Source of the DNA: the human T2T-CHM13v2.0 reference genome, Homo sapiens
DNA length: 64,000 nucleotides
Direction: 5' to 3' (one strand)
Assembly: GCF_009914755.1 (NCBI RefSeq)
Contig: NC_060936.1
The position numbers and the translations under genes were made by a program. Positions 52,642-64,000 of this stretch are shown here, in pieces. Under the pieces are notes generated by a model. The model was not told the DNA's origin and searched no databases. It worked only from the letters and a program-made list of their open reading frames with translations. Each line of letters begins with the position of its first letter. Position 1 is the first letter of the stretch.

Positions 52642-54114
52642 TGTTTACATATGCTATTTGGTACATTGGCATTCTATATCTTCAATGTGAATTCCATTAT
52701 TTAATAGTATAAAATACCTTGCTTAATGTCTTTTCTTGGCTCAAATTCCAAAATTACCTCAAGTCCGGTTCTGATATTTCTGTTAGGCCCCAGTACTCTC
52801 ACCACAAATCACCCTTAATGAACTACACTGATGATAGCCCATTTCTTTCTGTTAATTTGCTGTTGCTGGGTCTGGAGTTTACCTGCAGCTCCTTTGAAAA
52901 GAATCTGGCTTGCCTTTCTCTCTTTTGATTTTACTAGCCCTTTAAACCCCTGTGCTTTCTATCTCCCAAGTGGTTCTTAAAATTTCTAGTATACTAATGA
53001 TACCCTCGATTCTATTTATATGGTTACATTCTTTTAAAAAAGTTTTCATTTTTTTATGGACAATGGAGAGTATGGGATTAAGTATGTTTACACTGCCTGC
53101 GCCTTGATATAAACTTTTCCTATAAGAGGTTCTTACTTATACACTTGTAAGAATAAAAATTTGTTTAGTATTTATCAATTTGCTTTTTTCCTGTCTTCTT
53201 CCACAAGCAATGCATGAACACATGAAATCATTTAAGTTACTATTGGATCACTTTTCCTTAATATGTATTCAAATTCCTAGTTTTGGGGTTCTCTTTTCTC
53301 CCCCATTTAAAAAATGAGTTATTCAAACAAGTATTTGTAGAAAAAAGGTTACACGTAATCAAAAGCAGGTGAATGAAAACTAACACATTCAATCTGAGAG
53401 ACAGTATGAATGTCTAAATGTCTAAAATAGCCATATGATATTTGCATCTGTGAATCTGAGCAAAATGATTTACTACATCTGCTTATAGGAAGTGTTTTGT
53501 TAAATTGATAATAAGTTTAGTTAGAATTGGTAAGAATACTGGACTCCTTTAGGCATCATAGAGCTAAATATTCCAGCTAATCAAAAATTACGTTTTTATT
53601 TCTCTTTGCTTTACAAAACTTTTTATTTTTCTGGTAGTTGCTTAGCAGATTCTATGCAAATCTGAATTTAATTTGCATCTATTGATGTGGATATGGCTCA
53701 AGCAATGTGATGCTCAATAAAGGCCAGATCCTTCAGTTCATGTGGGCAGAGAGAAAGGATATGCTGCATAATGTTTAACAACTAGTCCTCCAAAAAATAG
53801 AAACCTGATGTAATTATAAATTTTAGTGTCAATTCTATATACCCAGTTGATTTTCATGCAATATTTCATTGACTTTTACCAAACTTATGTTCATAAGCAA
53901 TTTATTTTTGCAACTCAACCACAGTTTGACAAATGGAATTGTATTTCAATCTGTGAACTCTTTTTCTATAAGTTTAGTCATTAAATCTGAGAATTAATGA
54001 GTTTTGAATTATTATATTAATTTTAATTTCTTTAATTACAAGTTTTTATAATTTATGTTAGAATTATGTATGACCTTTTAAAATAACTGCTTGCCGAGAG
54101 TCCTAAAAACTAAA

Positions 54115-55329
54115 TGTTATGGGATCTTTAGAGTGTCACTTTTCTGGCTGGAAACCTCTGTGGCTGGTGGCACTTTTGCCTGAGTTCTTGCCCCACGTCC
54201 AGGAAGAATGAGGTATGCATACAAGTGGAGGGTGAACAAGATGAAGAGAAGCTTTACTGAGTGACAGAACAGCTCAGAGGAGACCAGCAGCAGGCAGCTC
54301 CTCTCTGCAGACAGGTTGTCTCATCCAGAGTTCAGCTCTCAGCAGAGAGGAGGCCCTGAATTGGGTGGCTCCTCTCTGCACTCAGGTTGTCTAGTGGTCT
54401 CTGCAGCTCTCAGCAGAGTGAGTAGCTCCTCTCTTCAGCTGGTCCTCTAGTCATCTCCAGCTATCAGCAGAGAGGGTAGTTCCTCACTTCAACCAGTCCT
54501 CTGGCCATCCTCTCCATCCTCTGCCTCATTCTGGCTGAGCCCAGGGCTTTTATGGAACCCAGAGGAGAGGAAGTACATGCAGATTGGTCCATGGGCAGCC
54601 ATCAGCAGCAGAAAAGGCACCACAAGTTCCCACTCCAGTCTGCGGTCTACAGGACTGGCAGCCCGGTGCCCAGCCTTCAGGCCATCCCTGGACTGAAGGT
54701 GGGGCCTTACAGGGGCACCACTCCCTTCCTCCCAGGAGCCTGCCTGCCTACAGTAGCTATCCATGGCACCCAGGCTGCTGGCACCAAGGGGCACCTGCAA
54801 GCCAGCACCCAGCCACCCTCACCACCCTCTCAGCTTCTCCTCCTGTGCTCCTCTGCACCCAAAGTCCAGAGGGGGCCCAGTCCACTGGGGACTGGCATGT
54901 CAGCCGTGCCCCAAGCGTGAGCACACCCGGCCAGACAGTGACAGTGCCTAGGTTGGCCCCAACACCACTCCGAGATCTGAGCGGGCATCGGGAGTGGGGA
55001 GAGGACAGCCAGCAGGAGCAGGCACCTCCGAGCCTGCAAAGGCAAAGGGAGCCTTCCCAGGTCAACCAAGAATGCAGGGTTTGCTGGGCCTGCAGCCCGG
55101 GTTTGGGCGGCTACAGCCGTGCTGAGGGACCGGGCGCCTGCCTGCTCCATGGAGCCAGAGTCCCAGGTCTACAGCCCGGGATTAGGCGGGCACCCGGGAA
55201 GCTCCTGCCCCAACTCGGAATGGACTGGGCTCTCACTTGTCCCGGACTCCCGCCGGCTCCACTGAGCGTGCACCTCCCTGTGGCACCTCCCTGCTGCAGC
55301 TGGCTTGAGGACAACAGCTGCTGCCATCA
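54115..55329 (-). mobile_element. GC-rich solo ERV1 LTR, MER52-like
   Basis: TG...CA termini (RC tgatggcagcagc...gatcccataaca), abrupt GC shift, and 4-bp TSD-like flanks taaa/taag. Confidence 0.75.
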
Positions 55330-56575
55330 TAAGCACTGTGGCATTATCCCGTATACTCAAAATTCAGAATAAAAAGGGCTATATTAGATCATCGACCAAA
55401 AAGTGTACCCATTCTACACCTCAATTTATTTTTTGTTCACTATACACATTAAACCAATTTTCCATCTTTCTTTATGTCATGCTACTACTAAATGTACACT
55501 TTAAAGTAGTATTTTGATCTGCAAGTAACCATCTTCCTATAATAATAATTTTATAACAACCTCTTTATTAAAGCATACTTAAAATGTTTACTCAAGTTCT
55601 TGGCTTTAATCGTGGCTAATTAAATATTATATACTTTGAACTTAAAGTAGCTGTTATACTTTAACAAATTTTTCTTCATATGCCATCTGTATTGTTTAAT
55701 TATATACCTTTAATAATTTTGTTGTAACTTTATTTTACAACTTTGTCTCCCAAAGAAACATTAAACATCTTAAAATCTTTAAGAAGTGTCTAGCATCCTA
55801 TGACCATTAAATAATCTTAGTTCTGATTTAATTCAAAATACTTATATGTTTGACGGAGCTCTTGGATTAAATATTGTCTAAATATGTCTCAAAATAACTA
55901 GTGTAAAAGGGATATTATGGATGTCTTTTTATATCAAAGCAGAGGATAATAAATTGACATCTGTGGGAAAATTGTTGGCTGGAGATATGAAGAAGGGATT
56001 GTGAAATTTAACAAATAATGTAGCCTTCTAACAGTACTCCAGAAGATGTAAAAACTATGCAAGCAGCTAGCTTTATCATTACTGTGTTCATATAACCCAA
56101 GAGTGAGCTCAATACATAATAAATATTTTTAAAGTTATCTAATAAGCAGTAATGATTTTTATTATAATCATATTTTCTACATTTTCAATCAGTGGGAAAA
56201 TAAAAAACCTTAAAGACAATCTGGACATTTGATTCAGTGTAATGAGAACCTTGGCCTAAGTCTAGAACATCACAATGAATTTTTGACATTTTCTTTAAGA
56301 TTAAAGATAAACCTACTTGTTCACAGCATAGTCTGTCATTTAGAGACTGCCAATATCTAGTACTCCACTATTAAGTTTCTTCTCATTGTAAAGTTATAAG
56401 ATATTTATATATCCGTAAATCTTCCTATATCTTCTGCTTTGTTTTTTGGCCACTATAACCTAAATATTCTATTATAAAATGTGTGCTAATTCAGACTATT
56501 GCTTAGCACCCAGTGTCTTCAGAACACTAATCCCCTTTTGTTTATTCATTCAATAAATCCCAAGGTAGTAATACT

Positions 56576-56804
56576 ATTATTCAAGCCAGCCATTATTCTG
56601 TTTCCTCCATTCAGAGGAATATTAATAGGAACGTTGATAGAATAAGTTAGCCATTATTGTTTCCTCCATTTAGAGGAATATTAATAGGAATATAAGCAAG
56701 CCATTATTCTGTTTCCTCCATTTAGAGGAAACAGAGCTTGAATAATAAGCCTTGCAGGCTATCCTCCATCTAGAGGAAACAGAATAATGGCTAGCTTGAA
56801 TAAT
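56576..56804. repeat. Compound inverted/tandem repeat
   Basis: 31/32-bp inverted arms (56576-56607 and 56773-56804) enclosing repeated agccattattctgtttcctccatttagaggaa units. Confidence 0.92.
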
Positions 56805-58900
56805 TACCACCCCCAAAATATGATCTTGCATATCAGGCTTGGGGAGATGTTACCTTCACCTCTACTTCAACTATAATTTATTTCATTTTAAATGCCAGGA
56901 TAATACTTCCTTAAGTAGAAATAGGTAGAGTATCCAATGACTTCAGACCTTTAGAGAAATTTGACTGGATGTACAGAAATGGATAAATATATACCCTTCT
57001 TGTGAACGTAGTAGAGGTACTCCTGGGATTTTTATTTTCTACCCATATGTTGAATATTTGGTTACAAATACAAGGAAAAAGAAGCAGAACAATATGCAGA
57101 GGTTTTTTGAAAAATCTTGATGCTTTAATTTAAGTAAATTTAAAAAGCAACTAGAAATGACATTTTGACTAATCCAGTCATGTTTACCTTAAAAGTGTGT
57201 ATTCTTAATTGTTATTTCAGGAATATAATTTTTCTGCTTAATAGTATATGCTTACGCTTTATACAAGTAATTTCAATTATGTACAATATTAAGTATTAGC
57301 ACATTTAAACCACACAATTATGACATTTCATAATATCAAAATATGTAAATAGCAGGGAAATTTAAAAACCATTGCATTCCTATAGTTTGAAGCAACAAGT
57401 TTCAAGTTTCTTCCTTATAGCATGGGTTGCGACTCATGGTAGTGAATGACATTTTGTGTTCTTGTAGAGATATCCTATGCAATTGCTTGCAATATAATCA
57501 ATATCAGAAAAACATATAATTATTTTTGCACAAGATTCAAAAGAATTTGATGCATTTTAACACAGTAGATATACCTTATGTATTTAGTTTTACACAGTGT
57601 GAATTTTACATGTAGTGAAGGTCAGTATCCATAATATAAAGGCAAAAGACCAAAAGAAACTGCAACTCTGGGTTCACAAAGAACATGGATAATAAGAAGG
57701 GCAAATATCTCCCTCTTAGGAATCTTGTAGGTAAAAATTGGTGGTAAATATATTCACATAATAAATTATCTAATCCTGAGAAAATATTCCATTTGAAAGT
57801 GCTAAATCTCTGAAGAATACTGGAACCAGATGAGACTTTACAAACTCAGAAAAGCTGTCTGGACCTTTAAGTACTTTAAAAAATTGTGCTAAGTGGCAGC
57901 ACATTTAAGCTTTTGTGGAAAATAACTAAACTTGAACAAAGAAGTAAAGCATCATAACATCAAGGATGATATCAGAAGAAAAAAAGTGAAGGAAAAACAA
58001 TCTTGCCTCATCTAAAATGTATCCTGAGTATCGAACTAATTTATCACCACTGGAGAAAAGAATACACAGTAATGTGAAAACATGCTACATTGGTCTAGAA
58101 ATAGGACTAATAAAACACTTGCAGCTTACTAAAATACAGTTAGAATTAAATAAAAGTACTACTTTACATAATGAACAGCAGCTTTATGACAGGTAGCTGG
58201 TAAATAAAAACATATTCAAGAGGAGTACATTTTACAATCTTACAGGAGATTATCATAGATGATTAACTTAACTAGAATGTCTTTCATTACAACATTACAA
58301 TTAGAGTAAAAACCACTTCCAGACATTAAATATCTCTGCAAACCATTATTAGGGACAGACTACTCTACCAGATTAATGAGTGTGCTGACTTTTTTAACTC
58401 TAAAATTTTAAATAGGGAAGGTGAAATGCATGCTTATTCAAAAGTTTTCAAAAATTAAAAATATCAAGGGAAAGCAAAATAAAATATTAAAAGGTATTGA
58501 AATGAGTATCAAAGTATTGAAAAATGCTGGTAAATGAACTCTCAGAATGTTATTTGAAAAGTTTCAATCTAAGAGGTTTAATTTTATTTTCAGGAAGTAT
58601 GTTGAACATTCAGAAGAGAGATATTTGTATTGTAATATATGAGAATGTAATGAAAGAAATATACAAGTAATGAATTAATATGTGACATAATAAATAACAA
58701 AATTGTTAAAAAATATTGTGGGTCTATGTACCACAAAATCATTTTATTGTAAAAGAAAAGATAACAATGATGTTCTTAAAATGTGTGTTTGTGTGCGTGT
58801 GTGTTTAAGTTTCTTTACTGGTGTTATAGCTTTCTTATTTCTTCATTTATTTTATAGCTAAAATAAAGAGTAACATAATAAAGAAAGAAAGTAATAAGTA

Positions 58901-59260
58901 ATAAGAAATTGCAAGGCAGTAATAGAATTTATTCTTCTTGGATTGACAAGTGACCCACAGTGGCAGGTTGTGCTTTTCATATTTCTTGCTACCTACATGC
59001 TAAGTGGGACTGGGAATCTGATCTTTATCACTCTCTCACCCTTTCAGATCCCCATCTGCAGACTCCCATGCATTTCTTCCTTCAGAACTTCTCATTTCTG
59101 GAAATATCATTCATGTCTGTCTGCATTCCCAGATTCCTTGTCACCATCGTGACTGGAGACATAACCATTTCTATAATGGTTGTGTGTCTCAGCTATTTTT
59201 TTCATCTTGGGGGTGACCAAATTTTACCTTCTGGCTGCTATGTCCTTTGACTGCTACATG
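58901..59260 (+). pseudogene. OR6C73P: Truncated OR6C75-like pseudogene (N-terminus to TM3 only)
   Basis: ATG>ATA at 58901. [17 protein letters not shown] is identical to OR6C75. Several frameshifts; homology stops after gactgctacatg (the DRY region). Symbol from recalled order. Confidence 0.88.
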
Positions 59261-59844
59261 ATTCTAAAGAGTTTTCTATAAATGAAGAGATAAATTATTT
59301 ATATGTTAGTTTTCCTTTATTGCCAAACCTGTGATACTGCCTTCATCTTTTCATTGTCTCTTTCACAGTTTCAACATCTTCCCCAACCCAAGCAAATGAC
59401 TTTTGGAGGCCTTTGAGAACTGCCAAAAAACGAGTTCAGGCTTATTATCTTTAGTTATTGAGTCCCTCAAAATCAATGTGTCATTAATAAAATTAATTAT
59501 CAGGACTCAGTAGCTGTGACTCTGTCTAGGTATAAGGTATTTGGATTTGATATTGGCACCTTGATTTTCAGCCTGATCTGATTATCTTGATTAATGTAAA
59601 TGACTGTAGAAAATCTAATTCCCTGGCAAATAGTTTTCATTATTGTTCAAAGAAGAGGCTGTCTTTAACAATCACGTACTTCTTACCATTGTGTTTTCAT
59701 GGAATGACTCACATGTTTTCTCAAATTCTAACATAATACCAACAGAAAACAAAAATTATGATTACTTTGTTTACAAGTTCCTTATTATAACACACAATTT
59801 ACAAAGAAAATGAAACAATGCAAGTCTTTTTGTAAGATTATAAT

Positions 59845-60040
59845 ACATATGTATTATATATGATATATACCATATATACACATATGTATATAGGTATTAT
59901 ATATGATATATACGTTCTATATTCATATATTTATATATCATTATATATGTATATGTCCACATATGTATATATGTATGTATAATGTATATATCATACATAA
60001 TAGTTATAGATATCTATAGATAGATATAGATACTAATAGA
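59845..60040. repeat. (TA/TATG/GATA)-rich low-complexity tract
   Basis: Seen directly. Confidence 0.85.
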
Positions 60041-60234
60041 TATCAGGCAAATAACAGAGTTAGGAAAACTCTATCCTCTTAGTCAAAATTTACCTGATGA
60101 AGTTCATTATAATAGTTAATACGTGGAAATAAATGAAAATCAGTATAAATCTTTCCAGAGCAAAACTTTTAGAAAATGTATTCATTTCCAAGTGCTACTA
60201 AAGCAAAGTACTAGAAATCGGCTGGCTTTAGACA

Positions 60235-60485
60235 TTTTATTTTAATGTGTTTCATGGTATATTTCCTTGAATTTATTCTACCTGGAATTCATTAAGCTTC
60301 TTGGGTATGTAGATTCACATCTTTCCTCAAATTTGGAAAGTTTAAAAATTATTTCTTCAAATACTCTTTTTGACCCTTTCTCTCTTTCTCTTTTACTTCT
60401 GGGTCTTCCATAATGCAAATTTTAGTACACTTGATGGTGTTCCAGAAGTCTCATTGGCTCTGTTCATTTTTCATTATTCTTTTTT
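60235..60485 (-). mobile_element. Old L1M ORF1-region fragment, antisense
   Basis: gaattcattaagcttcttgg...tcaaatttggaaagttt...ttatttcttcaaata. Confidence 0.55.
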
Positions 60486-62339
60486 AAACACACAAAACAT
60501 GCCTTTCTATTTCTTTTAGAGAAAAAGCTTTTTGGAAAGCCTGTATCACTGAGCAAAGTCAGAGAAAATATGAAACAGTTGACATTTAAATGCAAAAAAA
60601 AAATTTCAAAATATGCCAACTGCATTTTCTCATACTCACCAAGAGTGGCTTTTGGGTTGAGAAATAGATGGTTTAATAACAAAGGGGAATCTGGAAAAAA
60701 TCTTCAAAATTTTAATAATTTAGCAGCTGTACAAAAATGAATTAGTTTGATAAAAGGTGTAAAACTGATCCTTTTCTAGCTAAAACATTAGGTTTCTCTT
60801 ATAGATAATGAGAAAACTAATTAGATTTAAACTATTACTTGAATCTATCAAGGACTAACATAAGTGAGTATATTTCTTCTTTTTTTCATGTTGTTAATTT
60901 ATCTTCCTAAATCATAGAACTCTTGACAGCTACTCTTTTTGAAATGTACCATGAAGGCATTTTGTCAATTCTTTTTTTTTTTTTTTTTTGGTTTTTATTA
61001 TCAATGCTTGTATTGTTTTCTCTCTCTGAGTCTTTTTGTTTTTTGGTGTGCATTACATTTACATAAACTTACTGAAATTGACACCATCATCATTACTTCC
61101 TTTTCTGAGAGCACCGTTATTTAGCATGGATGTTTTCTTAATCCTGAGGAGTCATATCCTGTATCTTTTGCATGTTATCTGGTATACTTGCTCTAATCAA
61201 AGATGATGAAAAAAATGTCCTAGAACAATCTTAGCAGATAAATTGAGAAATTGCCTGAGCATATTTTGTGATGTTAACATGTGGCCAGCCAGGTAGCTAG
61301 CTGCTTGATCAAGAGCACCACTAGCATCCTAGCCCCTCTGTTTGAAGGAACTCCTTATATTTTGTGCAGGGAATCACAGGGTCCCCACAGCATGATTTTC
61401 AACTGGTCACCAGATATCCTTGAAGCATCAAATATGCCCATTTGAATTTGAAATTTAAAGACGATCCCATCAAGACCATGAAAATAACTTTGTGTTGTAT
61501 GACAGAAAAGTACCTCACAATATTCAATAGCCAAGTACCTAGCCAGGAACCTTTGACACCAAATTTTACATGAAATTGTCTATAAAAATGAGAGAGATGT
61601 CACAAGAGAACAAAACTTCATGGATGCAGTTTAAACTTCAACGTAGATCTCCGAGTCTTTTTAAATTTGTCACAGCTTAGTTCAGAAGCATACAAATACC
61701 TGCTTCAGGAAGGAGTTAGACAGCATTTTCTTAGATAAACCTCAGCTGGTATGACTTATTGCAGGGATGCCAGACCCAGGATGCATGACCCCATTTCAAT
61801 GTCATCTTTACCCTTCCTAATATCTCACACTTTGACTCTGTTCATTAAATCAGATTACTCTCATGGTTCACTCAAAATTTGTCAAGATGGTTTCTCTGTT
61901 TCTAGTACTGGTAGCAACAGATCATGCTGAGCAATTCATATTCGGGATGTTGATTATGTACTTCACTAAAATTCCTGTTTTGTTGGCATAGACCACTACA
62001 GGTACCTGTGTCAATCAAAATGGACTAATTCAGAATAATTGATGCATGCATGCAGAGTTTGGCCCATAGAACTAAAACAAACACTGGATTGATTGACTAT
62101 ATTTAAAAAGTCCGATTGGAACTTTTATACTGTGATCTTGTTCATTAATAAAGGTCGGCATTGTGTTTATGTCAACTTCAATCAGAAAGGAGCTAAGAGG
62201 ATCAGTTTTGCCTACAGCAAGAGGAGATGGAGTTCAATTAATTTCCCATAAATATAGTATTTTCTGTGTTTTTGTTTGTTTTTGCTATGAAAAGAAATCA
62301 AGGCTCATTTTTAAAATTGAAATAACTCAAAATCTTTTC

Positions 62340-62673
<334 letters not shown>

Positions 62674-63088
62674 CTAATGACAATATTAGCATTTGTATTT
62701 TATGGCCTTTAAGTTTTCAAAATTACTATGTATTCTGATAACTTGTTCAATATTCCACCAACAGAACAAAGCAAGCAAAATATTTATTATTATTTAACTA
62801 TAAAAAACCTTTCTGTACATTAAGTAATCAAAACTATACAGCAGAGAATTATCAAAGATAAAACTTAAATGTTTTTTAAAGTAATGAAACACAAATTAAT
62901 CTTTTCACTACTAAATAAATTCTGTCATGAACTTGCAATTCTAATGGATATTCTGCCACTTCTTGTTGAATGGGTCTTAAAGTTCTTGATGCAGAATAAG
63001 AGCAATCCTAGTGTATTTGAAATCAAATCACGTATTGACGTTCACTCTTCTTTTTATCTACAGACCTATCAGAATTCAGAACTAAGCC

Positions 63089-64000
63089 ATGCCAAATATG
63101 ACATCAATTAGAGAATTCATTCTTCTGGGATTTACAGATAACCCAGAGTTACAAGTTGTGATATTCTTCTTTATGTTGATCACATACTTATTGAGTGTAA
63201 GTGGAAACATGATCATCATTATGTTAACATTGTCAAATATTCATTTGAAAACTCCTATGTATTTCTTCCTCAGGAATTTCTCTTTCTTAGAAATTTCATT
63301 TACGACAGTCTTCATTCCTAGATTTCTGATCAACATTGCTACAGGAGACACAACCATTTCCTATAATGCTTCCATGGCCCAAGTATTTTTTTTAATTCTT
63401 TTGGGATCAACAGAATTTTTTCTTCTGGCTGTCATGTCTTATGATCGCTATGTGGCTATCTGCAAACCTCTACATTATACAACCATCATGAGTAACAAAG
63501 TCTGTAATTGGCTTGTAATCAGCTCCTGGCTGGCTGGTTTTCTCATTATTTTTCCCCCCGTGATTATGGGCCTCCAACTGGATTTTTGTGACTCCAGCAC
63601 TATTGACCATTTCATCTGTGATTCTTCCCCTATGCTGCTGATTGCTTGCACAGACACACAGTTTCTAGAGCTTATGGCATTTTTGCTAGCAGTATTCACA
63701 CTCATGGTAACTTTGGCCTTGGTGGTTCTCTCCTACACACTCATCCTTAAAGCAATTCTGAAGATTCCCTCTGCCCAGCAAAGGAAAAAGGCTTTTTCAA
63801 CTTGTTCCTCCCATATGATTGTGGTTTCTGTTTCTTATGGGAGTTGCATTTTTATGTGTGTAAAAACATCTGCAAAAGAAGGTATGGCTTTGAGCAAAGG
63901 TGTAGCAGTGCTTAATACCTCTGTTGCTCCTATGTTGAATCCCTTTATTTATACCTTAAGAAACCAGCAGGTGAAACAGGCCCTTAGGGAATTCACCAAA
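63089..64000 (+). CDS. OR6C65: Olfactory receptor 6C65, first 304 codons; the stop lies beyond the window, so it is absent from the ORF track
   Basis: ATG at 63089, read by hand: [22 protein letters not shown]...[15 protein letters not shown]...KAFSTCSSH...[24 protein letters not shown], with no stop seen. Acceptor tttttatctacag ends at 63063. Confidence 0.93.
   Translation, partial: MPNMTSIREFILLGFTDNPELQVVIFFFMLITYLLSVSGNMIIIMLTLSNIHLKTPMYFFLRNFSFLEISFTTVFIPRFLINIATGDTTISYNASMAQVFFLILLGSTEFFLLAVMSYDRYVAICKPLHYTTIMSNKVCNWLVISSWLAGFLIIFPPVIMGLQLDFCDSSTIDHFICDSSPMLLIACTDTQFLELMAFLLAVFTLMVTLALVVLSYTLILKAILKIPSAQQRKKAFSTCSSHMIVVSVSYGSCIFMCVKTSAKEGMALSKGVAVLNTSVAPMLNPFIYTLRNQQVKQALREFTK

Noticed and set aside
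54584-55372. 262-aa ORF and overlapping ORFs in the GC-rich block
   Set aside because: It lies almost entirely within the MER52-like LTR. Pro/Gly/Ala-rich with no domain, and long ORFs on both strands are expected from the GC content
56589-56780. Repeat-spacer appearance resembling a CRISPR array
   Set aside because: Eukaryotic context with no cas genes. The spacers are themselves repeated or derived from the arms

Overview
Human (primate) genomic DNA, AT-rich and repeat-dense, from an olfactory receptor family 6C cluster. The proteins match my recollection of the chr12q13 OR6C cluster. The window holds six OR loci: one complete intact gene (OR6C75, 27681-28619), one open gene running off the right edge and missed by the ORF track (OR6C65, from 63089), and four pseudogenes (5397-6338 +, 39358-40296 -, 51004-51939 +, 58901-59260 +). 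Pseudogene symbols are assigned from remembered gene order only. Other content includes two full-length L1s (L1PA2-like and L1PA7-like), a Tigger2 relic, MER11 and MER52-like LTRs, many Alus, L1 fragments and microsatellites. I see no evidence for a new gene system. The most unusual signals are structural: (i) five separate inverted/templated duplication scars, two of which can be polarised against an in-window paralog; (ii) an old duplication of the OR6C75 unit (~24.9-31.9 kb vs ~56.0-60.2 kb) that exposes an empty insertion site, a deletion and conserved splice sites; (iii) a TSD-flanked L1-fragment/Alu composite insertion; (iv) near-intact pseudogenes, and open genes that have lost key conserved residues. 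Repeat boundaries were set by eye and are approximate unless a TSD is quoted.
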